From the NCBI RefSeq assembly GCF_024227715.1, contig NZ_CP100448.1:1609655-1633654 (forward strand): a DNA stretch of 24,000 bases, given 5' to 3'. Made by a program: the position numbers and the translations under genes. Positions 1 to 8,841 of the stretch are shown here, piece after piece. The notes below the pieces were generated by a model. That model was not told where the DNA came from. It searched no databases and saw only the letters and a program-made list of their open reading frames with translations. The stretch comes from Halomarina litorea. GTDB lineage: Archaea > Halobacteriota > Halobacteria > Halobacteriales > Haloarculaceae. Each line of letters opens with the position of its first letter. The stretch's first letter is position 1.

Positions 1-299
1 GCGGCCTCGTCGATGGCGGCGGCGGCTTCGGTCACCCCCGCCGCGTACTCGTCCCGGTCGCGTCTCCCCTCGACGTACGTCTCCACGAACTCGCGGACGC
101 CCGTCGTCTCGCTCGGATACAGCACCTCGGCGGCGGCGACGAGGGTGGAGAGCGCAGCCGTCACGTCCGCCGACCCGGCCGTCTCACCGTCGCTCTCGGT
201 CTCTCTCGTCTCACGGCGGGCGGTGACCGCCGCGCCGCCCCCGCCGACGATTCCCGCCCCGGCGAGCACGGCGAGTGCGTCCCGACGGGTCAGTTCCAT
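1..299 (-). CDS. Partial CDS (N-terminal about 99 aa; runs off the left edge): Tat-signal protein, resembles the gluconate 2-dehydrogenase subunit 3 family
   Basis: My reverse-complement translation from the ATG at 299-297 gives MELTRRDALAVLAGAGIVGGGGAAVTARRETRE...TLVAAAEVLYPSETTGVREFVETYVEGRRDRDEY. It has a twin-arginine motif (TRRDAL) followed by a hydrophobic stretch, is acidic, and has high GC3. It is absent from the ORF track because it is open to the window edge. The family assignment is from memory of haloarchaeal homologues. Confidence 0.55.
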   Translation of the reverse strand, partial: MELTRRDALAVLAGAGIVGGGGAAVTARRETRETESDGETAGSADVTAALSTLVAAAEVLYPSETTGVREFVETYVEGRRDRDEYAAGVTEAAAAIDEA

Positions 300-318
300 G
301 TCGCGCGGATTTGGCCGA

Positions 319-330
319 CCTAAACTTAGG
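319..330 (-). promoter_or_regulatory. TATA-like box (CCTAAACTTAGG, near-palindromic) about 26 nt upstream of the minus-strand start at 299
   Basis: An AT-rich element in an otherwise GC-rich intergenic region. The spacing fits a leaderless archaeal promoter. A second AT-rich element (GTTAAGC, about 367-373) lies about 27 nt upstream of the plus-strand ATG at 397. Confidence 0.35.
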
Positions 331-396
331 GGTTGTCATCGGGTTCGGGACGCCGGCGGGACACAACGTTAAGCCGAGTCGTCACGTCCGGCGGGC

Positions 397-1299
397 ATGG
401 ACGCCGAAGCGCAGTTCGTCGACGTGCCGACCGGGGAGACCATCGCCTACCGCGTGCGAGAGGGCGACGACGGGGACGCGACCCCGATAGTGCTCCTCCA
501 CGGTAACATGACCTCCTCGGTCCACTGGGACCTCGTCTTCGAGGAGATGGACCCCCGCTACACGCTGTACGCCGTCGACATGCGCGGGTTCGGCGAGTCG
601 ACCTACGAGACGCCGGTGGACTCGCTGGACGACTTCGCCGACGACGTGGCGGGCGTCGTCGACGCCCTCGGCCTCGACCGGTTCCATCTGATGGGCTGGT
701 CGACGGGCGGCGGGGTCGCGATGGCCTACACCGCAGAGCACACCGACCGCGTCGAGCGACTCGTCCTCGTCGCCCCCGTCAGTACGCGCGGCTACCCCAT
801 CTACCGGAAGGACGAGGAGGGCCAACCGACCGACGAGGTGCTGACCACGAAGGAGGACATCGCCGCCGACCCGGTGCAGGTCGCGCCCATCCTCGCCGCC
901 TACGAGAACGAGGACCGCGAGATGCTCAGGACCGTCTGGGACGGCCTCATCTACACGGACACCCAACCCGACGAGGAACGCTACGAGAAGTACCTCGACG
1001 ACATGCTGACCCAGCGGAACCTCGTGGACGTGGACTACGCGCTGGCGTACTTCAACGTCAGCGACGAGGAGAACGCCTACGGGTCGGGTGACGGCCGGGC
1101 GAACGACGTCACCGTTCCGACGCTCGTTCTCCGCGGGGAGCGCGACCTCGTCATCGGCGCCGGGATGACCGAGGAGGTGATGGCGGACCTGCCGAACGCG
1201 GAGTTCGTGGAACTGACCGATGCGGGCCACTCCCCGTTCGTGGACGACCTCGACGCCGTCCTCGCCGAGGTGGAGGGGTTCCTCGCGGGCGAGGAGTGA
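397..1299 (+). CDS. Alpha/beta-fold hydrolase
   Basis: 300 aa. It has an HG oxyanion motif (VLLHGN), a nucleophile elbow G-W-S-T-G-G, and a C-terminal catalytic His context (DAGHSPF). Acidic, high GC3. Confidence 0.9.
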   Translation: MDAEAQFVDVPTGETIAYRVREGDDGDATPIVLLHGNMTSSVHWDLVFEEMDPRYTLYAVDMRGFGESTYETPVDSLDDFADDVAGVVDALGLDRFHLMGWSTGGGVAMAYTAEHTDRVERLVLVAPVSTRGYPIYRKDEEGQPTDEVLTTKEDIAADPVQVAPILAAYENEDREMLRTVWDGLIYTDTQPDEERYEKYLDDMLTQRNLVDVDYALAYFNVSDEENAYGSGDGRANDVTVPTLVLRGERDLVIGAGMTEEVMADLPNAEFVELTDAGHSPFVDDLDAVLAEVEGFLAGEE

Positions 1300-1316
1300 G
1301 GGTCCGTCGGGGTGGG

Positions 1317-2090
1317 CTACTCCGGGACGCGGAAGGTGTTCCGCAGGACGCCGACGCCCTCGACGTCCACCTCGACGGTGTCGCCGTCCCTGATGGGACC
1401 GACGCCGGAGGGGGTGCCCGTCGAGACGAGGTCGCCGGGTTCGAGCGTCATGTACCGCGTTATCTCCTCGATGAGTTCCGGGACGGAGAAGATGAACTGG
1501 TCGCGCGAGGAGTCCTGCCTGAGTTCGCCGTTGACCCGCAGGCGGACGTGCGCGTCCTCGGGGACGACCTCGGGTCGGGCGACGACGGGACCGAACGGGG
1601 CGGCCTTGTCGAAGGCCTTGCCGCGCACCCAGTTCTGCTCGCGGTCCTGATCGTCGCGGTTCGAGACGTCGTTGAGGCAGGTGAACCCGCGGACCACGTC
1701 CATCGCGTTCTCGGCCTTGACGTTGCGCGCGCGGTCGGAGATGACCACCGCGAGTTCCGCCTCGTGGTCGATGCGCTCCTTCCCCGCGGGGAGGGTAATC
1801 TCCTCGTTGTGGGCGGCGACGGTGTTGGGCGTCTTGAGGAACAACAGGGGTCGGTCGGGCACCTCCTTGTTCCGCTCGGCGGCGTGGTCGGCGTAGTTCA
1901 GCCCCACGCAGACGATCTTCGAGGGGTCACACGGCGGGAGGACGTCGACCTCGTCCTGCGAGAACGTCTCGCCGTCCATCGTCAGGCGGCCGCCGTACGT
2001 CTCGCGGGCCGTTATCTCCTCGCCCGGGGTGTCGCTCCACTCGCCTCGGCGGACGTTGCCCGCGGGGTCCCGAAAGCGTACCAGTCGCAT
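1317..2090 (-). CDS. Fumarylacetoacetate hydrolase (FAH) family protein (2-keto-4-pentenoate hydratase / oxaloacetate decarboxylase-like)
   Basis: Family motifs are present: IVCVGLNYADHAAE, HEAELAVVI and GDLVSTGTPSGVGPI. I trimmed the start from 2129 to the ATG at 2090 (MRLVRFRDPAG). A TATA-like box lies about 27 nt upstream. Confidence 0.9.
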   Translation of the reverse strand: MRLVRFRDPAGNVRRGEWSDTPGEEITARETYGGRLTMDGETFSQDEVDVLPPCDPSKIVCVGLNYADHAAERNKEVPDRPLLFLKTPNTVAAHNEEITLPAGKERIDHEAELAVVISDRARNVKAENAMDVVRGFTCLNDVSNRDDQDREQNWVRGKAFDKAAPFGPVVARPEVVPEDAHVRLRVNGELRQDSSRDQFIFSVPELIEEITRYMTLEPGDLVSTGTPSGVGPIRDGDTVEVDVEGVGVLRNTFRVPE

Positions 2091-2110
2091 GGCCCACCAA
2101 TCAGTCTCAT

Positions 2111-2121
2111 CCGAAATAAGT
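2111..2121 (-). promoter_or_regulatory. TATA-like box (minus-strand CTTATTTCGG) for the FAH-family gene
   Basis: The only AT-rich element in the 2091-2161 gap, centred about 27 nt upstream of the ATG at 2090. Confidence 0.35.
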
Positions 2122-2161
2122 CTACACACCTCCGGCGGCCGTGAGATGGTGGCGGAGACGA

Positions 2162-3394
2162 TTACAGCGTCCCCGTCCGGTAGTCGAGGGCCACCACGCG
2201 CCCGTCACCGTACCGGACGAGCACCTCGCTGTCACCGTCCCCGTCGAGGTCCGTGAGCGTGACGTGCGTCCAGATGGGCACGTCGCGGTCGTAGGTCGCC
2301 AGTTGCTCGCCCGTCGCCGGGTCGAGGACGCTCACGGCGCCATCGTGGGCGGCGACGGCGAGTTCCCGGTCCCGGTCCCCGTCTACGTCCCCCAGCACCG
2401 GCCCGGGGGCGTTCAGCCGCGAGTCCGCCGACAACTGTGTCGTCCACTCCACCTCTCCTGTCCGGGCGTCGAGAGCCGCGACGCGGTTCTCGCTGTAGCT
2501 GACGTACGCCTCCGCGCGCCCGTCTCCATCGCCGTCCGCAACCGTCCGGACGACCGGCGTCCCCGAGAGGTTCGTCGTCCACTCGACGCGCCCGTCGGCC
2601 CCGTCCAGCGCGCGGACGGTCCCGAGACGCGTCGTCACGAGTTCGAGGGCCGGGTCGTCGTCGGCCTGCGCCGCCTCGTAGTGTTCGGACCCGAGGGGGA
2701 CCGACCAGCGAAGGTCCCCGGTCCCGGCGTCGAGAGCGACGGTCCGGTTGGCCGCGCCGACGACCACCTCCCGGACGCCGTCGGCGTCCACGTCGGCGAC
2801 GGTCGGCGCGTGGTAGACGCCCGCCCCGAGGGCGCGCCGCCAGACCACGCTGCCGTCCCCCCGAACGACCGAGACCTGTCCGTCGATGTCGCTGACGACC
2901 ACCTCTGGCGTCGAGTCGTCGGTCACGTCGGCCACCGTGGGCCGGGCGTAGCCGAACGACGAGAGGTTCACGCGGAACTCCTCCTCGCCCGAGTCGGCGT
3001 CGAGCGAGAACAGCACCCCTTCGGTGCTCGCGGCCAGCACCTCGCGGACGCCGTCGCCGTCGACGTCCGCGATGGCCGGTTCCGTCAGCGAGTGGAGCGT
3101 GCAGTTCGCCGGCGGGACGCCGTAGCGCCACAGCGTGCCCCCGCTCGCCGGGTCGAGGCGCACCAGCACACAGGAGAACTCGCCGATTCCCTCGGTGCCG
3201 CCCGGTTCTCCTACGGGGGCGACGACGAGTCCGCCGTCGGCGCCGACGGCGTGGTGGTTCACCCGGTTGTCGCGGGCGGTGTCGCTCACCCAGCGTTCCT
3301 CGAGGCTCCCGCCGCCGCCGAGGACGGCGACCAGCGCGGCGCCCGAGAGGGCGAGGACGACGCACAGGACGGCCACGACGGTCCGAATCCGCAT
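2162..3394 (-). CDS. Membrane-anchored beta-propeller protein with FG-GAP / PQQ-like repeats
   Basis: About 410 aa. There is an N-terminal hydrophobic anchor (MRIRTVVAVLCVVLALSGAALVAVLGG). About 7 repeated blades follow, each carrying a DxDxDG-type loop (DVDGDGVREV, DVDADGVREV, DGDGDGRAEA, DVDGDRDREL, DLDGDGDSEV). I trimmed the start from 3433 to the ATG at 3394. Confidence 0.8.
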   Translation of the reverse strand: MRIRTVVAVLCVVLALSGAALVAVLGGGGSLEERWVSDTARDNRVNHHAVGADGGLVVAPVGEPGGTEGIGEFSCVLVRLDPASGGTLWRYGVPPANCTLHSLTEPAIADVDGDGVREVLAASTEGVLFSLDADSGEEEFRVNLSSFGYARPTVADVTDDSTPEVVVSDIDGQVSVVRGDGSVVWRRALGAGVYHAPTVADVDADGVREVVVGAANRTVALDAGTGDLRWSVPLGSEHYEAAQADDDPALELVTTRLGTVRALDGADGRVEWTTNLSGTPVVRTVADGDGDGRAEAYVSYSENRVAALDARTGEVEWTTQLSADSRLNAPGPVLGDVDGDRDRELAVAAHDGAVSVLDPATGEQLATYDRDVPIWTHVTLTDLDGDGDSEVLVRYGDGRVVALDYRTGTL

Positions 3395-3489
3395 TACGCG
3401 AGGTGGGCCGCCGACGCGGATACCGGTTTCCATTTCCGGGGTCCCCGCGAACCAGCAGCCTCTTTCGCCCCCACCGCCGACGGGACGGT

Positions 3490-4860
3490 ATGCGCCGGTC
3501 CAGCGCGACGCTCGCGGGACTCCTCGCCCTCGTATCCCTCGCGGGCGCGACGGGCGTGGCCCGCGCCCACGAACTCGGAGGGACCCGGTTCGAGGCCCCC
3601 ATCCCCTTGCCCCTCCTGCTCGTCGGAGCGGGGCTGACGGTGGGGGTCACCGCGGCCGTCCTCGCACGCGCGGACCGGGGGGACCGACCCCCCGCAAGCG
3701 AGGACCCGACGGACGGTGGCGAGTGGGAGCGCTCCCGCCGACTGGGGACGGTCTCACCGACGATAGGCCGCACCCTCCGGACCGTGGTGAGCGTCGGCTT
3801 CCTCGCGGTGTTCGTCGGCGTCCTGCTGGCGGGCCTGTTCGGGTCGCGGAACGCACTGGACAACCCCGCGACGCTGTTCGTCTGGGCGGTCTGGTTCCGC
3901 GGGCTGGGCCTCGTGAGCGCCCTCGCGGGCAGTCCGTGGCGCGTCCTCGCCCCGTGGCGGATCATCTATCGGGGGTTCGTCGCGCTGGAGGGGCGGACGG
4001 TCGGCCCGTTCGACTACCCGGAGCGACTGGGCCACTGGCCCGCGCTCGTGGGGTTCCTGCTCCTCCTCGGCGTCGGCGAGAACCTCACCGTCGCCCCCCG
4101 GACGGTGTCGCTGACGGTCCTCGTCGTCGTCGCGTACGCGCTGGTCATGCTCGCGGGGGCCCTGCTGTTCGGCCCGGTCTGGTTCGAGCGCGCCGACCCG
4201 CTGGACGTGCTCTACCGCCTGTTCGGGCGGGTCGCTCCTCTCAGGTTCCGACGGACCGGTAAGGGGGGCTACACCGTCCACCTCCGGGTGCCGTGGGGGT
4301 CGGGCGGGGCCGTCGCCGACGCCGCCGTCGCGGCGTTCGTCGTCGCCGCCGTCTACACCGTCAGTTTCGACGGGTTCGACGGGACGCCCGAGTACCGCAC
4401 GCTGGCGGAGTCGCTGGGCCGGGCGACGGGTCTCGGACCGCTCGTGGACCTGCCGCTGTACCTCGCGGGCCTCCTCGCCTTCGTCGGGACGTTCGCGCTG
4501 GTCGCGCGCCTCACGCGGTCCGGGCCGACCCGGGGGGCGCTGGTCGCCCTCGCGCCGACCGTCCTCCCCATCGCCGTCGCCTACGAGGTGGCGCACAACT
4601 ACCCGTACGTCCTCTCGCGGGCCGGACGGCTGGTCGAGGTGCTCGTCGGAGTCGGCGCGGACCCACTGGCGTGGCTCTCGGTCCCCGCGTTCTGGGCATC
4701 GCAGGTCGCACTCGTCGTCGCCGGCCACCTCGTCGCCGTCGTCGCGGCCCACCTCGCCCTGCGGGGGCGTCCCGCGCGGGCGGAAGTGCCGCTGACGGCC
4801 GCGATGGTCGGGTACACGGTGCTCTCGCTGTGGATCATCTCGCGACCCGTCGTCGCCTGA
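3490..4860 (+). CDS. Polytopic membrane protein of unknown function (about 10 TM segments, N-terminal signal-like sequence)
   Basis: About 456 aa from the ATG at 3490 (MRRSSATLAGLLALVSLAGATGVARA/HELGG). It has repeated hydrophobic helices, with conserved-looking polar motifs in the TM regions (YEVAHNYPY, AGHLVAVVAAH). The upstream extension to 3403 is Arg-rich and unlikely to be coding. Confidence 0.75.
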   Translation: MRRSSATLAGLLALVSLAGATGVARAHELGGTRFEAPIPLPLLLVGAGLTVGVTAAVLARADRGDRPPASEDPTDGGEWERSRRLGTVSPTIGRTLRTVVSVGFLAVFVGVLLAGLFGSRNALDNPATLFVWAVWFRGLGLVSALAGSPWRVLAPWRIIYRGFVALEGRTVGPFDYPERLGHWPALVGFLLLLGVGENLTVAPRTVSLTVLVVVAYALVMLAGALLFGPVWFERADPLDVLYRLFGRVAPLRFRRTGKGGYTVHLRVPWGSGGAVADAAVAAFVVAAVYTVSFDGFDGTPEYRTLAESLGRATGLGPLVDLPLYLAGLLAFVGTFALVARLTRSGPTRGALVALAPTVLPIAVAYEVAHNYPYVLSRAGRLVEVLVGVGADPLAWLSVPAFWASQVALVVAGHLVAVVAAHLALRGRPARAEVPLTAAMVGYTVLSLWIISRPVVA

Positions 4861-4941
4861 GGTCCGGTGGCGTTTACGGTCCCCCGCGAGATGGCCCCCA
4901 CGCGTACGATTAAGTGGCGAACGTCCGATGTGACGACCGTC

Positions 4942-5667
4942 ATGGAACTCACCTGGCACGGCCACTCGACGTGGTACGTCGAAGTCGGCGACACGACGAT
5001 GCTCATCGACCCGTTCTTCGACAACCCGAAGACCTCGCTCGACCCGAGCGACGTGGAGGACCCCGACTTCCTCCTGCTCACGCACGCCCACCAGGACCAC
5101 ATCGCCCACGCGGGCGAGTTCACGGACGCCACCGTGGCCGCGACGCCCGAGCTCTGTGGCTTCGTCGCCGACGAGATGGGCCTCGACGACCACGTCGGCG
5201 GGATGGGGATGAACCTCGGCGGGACCGTCGAGTGCGGCGACGCCTACGTGACGATGCACCGCGCCGACCACACGAACGGCGCGAACACGGGCTACGAGTA
5301 CGACGTGGGGATGCCCGCCGGCTTCGTCATCAGCGACACGAAGCCGACGCAGATGGCCGACGAGGACTCGACGACGTTCTACCACGCGGGCGACACCGGC
5401 CTGATGACCGAGATGCGCGAGGTCATCGGCCCGTACCTCGAACCCGACGCCGCGGCCGTCCCCATCGGCGACCACTTCACGATGGGGCCGTGGCAGGCCG
5501 CCATCGCGGTCGACTGGCTGAACGTCGACCACGCCTTCCCGATGCACTACGACACGTTCCCGCCCATCGAACAGGACCCCGAGGACTTCGCCCGCGAGGT
5601 GGAGGCCGCAGGCTCCAGCGCCGAGGTCCACGCCCTGGAGGGCGACGAGACGTTCACGCTCGAATAG
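4942..5667 (+). CDS. UPF0173-type metal-dependent hydrolase (metallo-beta-lactamase fold)
   Basis: 241 aa from [27 protein letters not shown] canonical HxHxDH motif is present (LTHAHQDHI). I trimmed the start from 4867. Confidence 0.9.
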   Translation: MELTWHGHSTWYVEVGDTTMLIDPFFDNPKTSLDPSDVEDPDFLLLTHAHQDHIAHAGEFTDATVAATPELCGFVADEMGLDDHVGGMGMNLGGTVECGDAYVTMHRADHTNGANTGYEYDVGMPAGFVISDTKPTQMADEDSTTFYHAGDTGLMTEMREVIGPYLEPDAAAVPIGDHFTMGPWQAAIAVDWLNVDHAFPMHYDTFPPIEQDPEDFAREVEAAGSSAEVHALEGDETFTLE

Positions 5668-5735
5668 GCGGTCCCCGATCGGGCGCCGACGAACGACCTA
5701 CCTTTTTGCCGTGTCGCCCCGACGCCACGGACGCA

Positions 5736-6134
5736 ATGGCAGACATCGAGACCACCACCACGTCCGAGGAGGGCTACACGAGCGTCAGCCGCGTCGGCGA
5801 CTTCGAACTGACCGTCGACGCCACCGGCGAGGAGGGTCCCTCGCCGAACGAGGTACTGGCCGCCGACTACGCCTCCTGTTTCATCCCCGCGTTCCGCGTC
5901 GGCGGGAACAAGGAGGGCCACGAGGACCTCGGCAAGATTTCGGTCGAAGTCGAGGCCGACCTGAACGACGACGACGACCTCTCCGCGATTCGCTTCGTCA
6001 TGCACGTCGGGGCCGACCTGAGCGACGACGAGTTCGACGCCATCGTCGACCGCGCCGAGGACATCTGTCACGTCCACGCGGCGCTCCGCGAGGACCTCCA
6101 CGCCGACATCACGGTCCACGGCGGCCAGTTCTGA
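5736..6134 (+). CDS. OsmC/Ohr family protein (peroxiredoxin-like)
   Basis: 132 aa (MADIETTTTSEEGYTSVSRVGDFELTVDATGEEGPSPNEVLAADYASCF...EDICHVHAAL). It has the two conserved Cys contexts typical of OsmC. It sits at the C-terminal end of a spurious 406-aa ORF-track entry. Confidence 0.85.
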   Translation: MADIETTTTSEEGYTSVSRVGDFELTVDATGEEGPSPNEVLAADYASCFIPAFRVGGNKEGHEDLGKISVEVEADLNDDDDLSAIRFVMHVGADLSDDEFDAIVDRAEDICHVHAALREDLHADITVHGGQF

Positions 6135-6217
6135 GCCGGCGTTCGCACCCCTCGAACCTCGACTTCTTTCGGCCGACCGCTCGGCCAGCGACTGCTTCGA
6201 CGGGTCCGGGGGGTCCG

Positions 6218-7303
6218 TCAGTTCCGTTCGTCGCCGTCGCCGTCCACCCCACCGTCGTTCTTTCCCCCGGCCAGCCGTCGCCACTCCTCCTGCGGCCGGT
6301 TCACCGCCCGGTAGACGGCGGCCACGTGGAACGGGTGCCACTCCTCGTCGCCGAAGGACAACTCGCGGTCCACGAGCGCCCTGCCGTAGTTCTCCGCCAG
6401 CCTGAGGGACTGGTCGGCGGCGGTCAGCATCGGGACGTGTGTGTCCGACGACCGGGCGATATCGAGTGCGTACGCGGGGTCGTTCGCCCAGTCTGAGGTC
6501 CGAAGGCGGGGTCTCACGCCCCGGTGGTCGACGCGGAACCCGCGTTCTTCCGTGTCGCCGTCGTCGGTTCGGAGGGCGCGGTCGAACCCCCTCGTCGTGA
6601 GGTACTCGGGGTCGGTGTACGGGGCAGGGATGTCCCACTCCAACTGGTCGACGACGCGTTCGGGGTCGACCCCGTTGTTCGTGAGGAATTCGCAGACCTC
6701 GCTCGCGACGGCGGCCCGGCAGGTCTGCCGGAGGCGGTTCGCCGCCTTCACGAGGTGACCGTTCCCGATTCCCTCGTAGAACTCGTGGCCGTGCGAGAGG
6801 GCTTCGACGACAGGTCTCGCACGCTCGTAGTCCTCGCGGGTCCCGCCGACGAACATCGAGTACGAGGGGCCGAGGCCGTCGTCGAACTCGCCCGGCCCCT
6901 CGTGTGTGATGCCGCAGTCGACGTAGCCCGCCTCCCGGTCGTGACACACCGACTGATAGTGGAGGTCCACGTCCGGCGGTGTCGTCCCCGTGTCGACGAC
7001 GACCTGTCCGGCGTCGAGCGTCTCGAGAACCCCATCCGCGCCCTCCATCACCCGTTCGACCACTTCCCGGCCGGGGAGCGAGAGCAGGACGAGTTCGACT
7101 TGCTCGGTGAGTACCGCGGGACTCCCCGCTTTCGTCGCGCCCTTCGAGACCGCCGCCTCGACGGCGTCTTCGTCCACGTCGCAGACGACCGGGTCGTACC
7201 CCGCCTCGACCAGTTTCGCGACGAACCACTGACCGACGCGTCCGACGCCGACGATGCCGACTTCCGTTCGGTCGGTCCGTTCGCTATTGCTACCGTGTGA
7301 CAT
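6218..7303 (-). CDS. NAD(P)-dependent oxidoreductase, 3-hydroxyisobutyrate / 6-phosphogluconate dehydrogenase-like
   Basis: 361 aa. It has an N-terminal Rossmann motif (VGIVGVGRVGQWFVAKLVEAGYDPVVCDVD) and a downstream all-alpha domain. I trimmed the start from 7363 to the ATG at 7303 (MSHGSNSER). Confidence 0.85.
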   Translation of the reverse strand: MSHGSNSERTDRTEVGIVGVGRVGQWFVAKLVEAGYDPVVCDVDEDAVEAAVSKGATKAGSPAVLTEQVELVLLSLPGREVVERVMEGADGVLETLDAGQVVVDTGTTPPDVDLHYQSVCHDREAGYVDCGITHEGPGEFDDGLGPSYSMFVGGTREDYERARPVVEALSHGHEFYEGIGNGHLVKAANRLRQTCRAAVASEVCEFLTNNGVDPERVVDQLEWDIPAPYTDPEYLTTRGFDRALRTDDGDTEERGFRVDHRGVRPRLRTSDWANDPAYALDIARSSDTHVPMLTAADQSLRLAENYGRALVDRELSFGDEEWHPFHVAAVYRAVNRPQEEWRRLAGGKNDGGVDGDGDERN

Positions 7304-7389
7304 TGGCCTGACGATACTGTCATCGGACCACGAGAAAGGGCTACTGGTCGCTACGAGCCGCAAACGCGCTCGCTCCAGCGTCGTTCACG

Positions 7390-7533
7390 TCACTCCCGCG
7401 CGATGGCGATGTTCCGGACCGCGCCGCCGCACTCCGGACAGCGGCCGACGTGTTCGGCCGACGACTTCCGGTCGCCACAGGTGACGCACTCGTAGTAGGA
7501 CTGTTCCGCGTGGTACGGGTCAACGTTGTGCAT
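7390..7533 (-). CDS. Small rubrerythrin-like zinc-ribbon protein
   Basis: 47 aa: MHNVDPYHAEQSYYECVTCGDRKSSAEHVGRCPECGGAVRNIAIARE, with CxxC...CxxC. The 15-codon extension up to 7578 has very low third-position GC, unlike every real gene here, so I chose the ATG at 7533. Confidence 0.7.
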   Translation of the reverse strand: MHNVDPYHAEQSYYECVTCGDRKSSAEHVGRCPECGGAVRNIAIARE

Positions 7534-7617
7534 ACGTAGCTGTACGTCTGCACGACTTTGAGTGTTGCGAGCTAGCACACTGATACCATATGGGCGGATA
7601 TGGGGTGTATAATCGAA

Positions 7618-8166
7618 TTATCGGCGCGCGCGGAGGACGAACGTCTCGCGGCGCTCGCTGGCGTGTTCGACGGTGAACCCCGCGTCCGTGAGGGCGTCCA
7701 TCGCGTCCTGTAGCGCGTAGCGTTCGTCCGTCGGCGGCCCCTCGCCGCCCTCGCCGTTTCGGGTCCAGTCCGCGATGCCGAGGAGTGCGTCGGGTCGCAG
7801 GACGCGGGCGAGTTCCCCCAGTGCCTCGTCGCTCGCGAACTCGTGATAGGTCATCGTCGAGAACGCGCCGTCCAACTGGTCGTCGGCGAACGGGAGGTCC
7901 GCGATCTCCGCGACGACGAACTCCACGTTGTCGGGAGCGCCCTTCTCGCGGTAGTACTCGTGCATCTCGTCTTGCACGTCCACGGCGTGGACCGTCTCGG
8001 CGTAGGGGGCGACGTGGTCGGTGTAGAACCCCGTTCCGCTCCCGAGGTCGGCGACGGTACCCTGCGGGTCGAACAGGGCGAGCAGTTCGTCCACCGAGAG
8101 GTACTGGTAGCGCGTCGGGTCCTCCAGGTTGTCGGCCCGGGATGGGTCGTACGTGTGAAATCCCAC
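7618..8166 (-). CDS. Class I SAM-dependent methyltransferase
   Basis: 182 aa. Motif I is VADLGSGTGFYT, and an acidic residue after beta-2 (AVDVQDEM) is present. It appears to use a GTG start at 8166. Confidence 0.9.
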   Translation of the reverse strand: MGFHTYDPSRADNLEDPTRYQYLSVDELLALFDPQGTVADLGSGTGFYTDHVAPYAETVHAVDVQDEMHEYYREKGAPDNVEFVVAEIADLPFADDQLDGAFSTMTYHEFASDEALGELARVLRPDALLGIADWTRNGEGGEGPPTDERYALQDAMDALTDAGFTVEHASERRETFVLRARR

Positions 8167-8255
8167 GTCCGACCCAGTGGCCCCACGGGGATAACTCTCC
8201 GCTCCCCGGGCGAGGTCCCGGCGGATTCATACCGACCCGTCGCTATCGGACCCAC

Positions 8256-8426
8256 ATGGTCACTATCACCCCCCCGACCGAACGCACCTGCGAACGCTGT
8301 GGCCGGTCCGACCGCTGGGACGACGACGCCGGGACGTGGCTCATCGACGGCGAGGCGGGCGACCCCTACTGCCTCCACGAGTGGGACATCAACGGGACGT
8401 ACAACCCGGTCGGCGAAGCCCCCTGA
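8256..8426 (+). CDS. HEWD-family small protein
   Basis: 56 aa: MVTITPPTERTCERCGRSDRWDDDAGTWLIDGEAGDPYCLHEWDINGTYNPVGEAP. It contains the eponymous HEWD motif and a CxxC...C arrangement. It sits at the C-terminal end of a spurious 213-aa Arg-rich ORF-track entry. Confidence 0.7.
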   Translation: MVTITPPTERTCERCGRSDRWDDDAGTWLIDGEAGDPYCLHEWDINGTYNPVGEAP

Positions 8427-8456
8427 CTTTTCTCCGGTCCGCGCCATCGGGCGTCC

Positions 8457-8759
8457 ATGCCGACCGCGTACGTCACGGCTCCGGCCGAGGCCGCCACCGA
8501 CCTCGCCAGAACGCTCGTCGAGGAGCGACTCGCCGCCTGCGTCAACGCCGTCGACTGTCGCTCCACCTACCGCTGGGAGGGCGAGGTGGTCGAAGAGGAG
8601 GAGGTGCTCCTGCTGGCGAAGACGACCGACGAGCGGTACCCCGACCTCGCCGCACGGGTCGCTGAACTCCACCCCTACGATGTGCCCTGCATCGAACGCT
8701 TCGAGGAGTCCGACCTGTCCGCCGACTTCGCGGCGTGGCGCGAGGAGTCGGTCGCCTGA
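8457..8759 (+). CDS. cutA: Divalent-cation tolerance protein CutA
   Basis: 100 aa. CutA-type sequence: LVEERLAACVNAV...STYRWEGEV...EEVLLLAKT...LHPYDVPCIE. Confidence 0.9.
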   Translation: MPTAYVTAPAEAATDLARTLVEERLAACVNAVDCRSTYRWEGEVVEEEEVLLLAKTTDERYPDLAARVAELHPYDVPCIERFEESDLSADFAAWREESVA

Positions 8760-8802
8760 GGTCGACGGGTGACTCGACACGGCGTTCGACCCAATCACGG
8801 GG

Positions 8803-8809
8803 TTTAATA
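8803..8809 (+). promoter_or_regulatory. TATA box (TTTAATA) upstream of the 8842/8869 gene
   Basis: A clear AT-rich box in the 8760-8841 gap. The predicted TSS is around 8832-8836, just upstream of the GTG at 8842. Confidence 0.4.
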
Positions 8810-8841
8810 GCACGAATCGACGCACACAGGTATGGACGCTG

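Noticed and set aside
2232-3965. A 577-aa minus-strand ORF. Similar long ORFs occur at 2141..3637 +, 3135..4262 +, 3754..5631 -, 4914..5735 +, 5547..7229 -, 10244..11233 -, 13824..15149 -, 16149..17078 - and 17125..18582 +.
   Set aside because: Their products are extremely Arg/Pro/Gly-rich and basic, which is the opposite of the acidic haloarchaeal proteome. They overlap well-supported genes in alternative frames or on the opposite strand. These are the expected shadow ORFs of roughly 70% GC DNA, where stop codons are rare.
6171-6186. A small hairpin GGCCGA-CCGC-TCGGCC after a TTCTTTC tract, between the convergent OsmC and dehydrogenase genes.
   Set aside because: A 6-bp GC stem is expected by chance at this GC content, and archaeal termination depends mainly on oligo-T. 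This is too weak to call a terminator.
7534-7578. A 15-codon N-terminal extension of the zinc-ribbon protein (ATG at 7578, with a TATAAT-like element about 29 nt upstream).
   Set aside because: The third codon positions in the extension are mostly A/T, unlike all coding sequence here. It is more likely a 5' leader transcribed from that promoter, with translation starting at the ATG at 7533. This remains uncertain.
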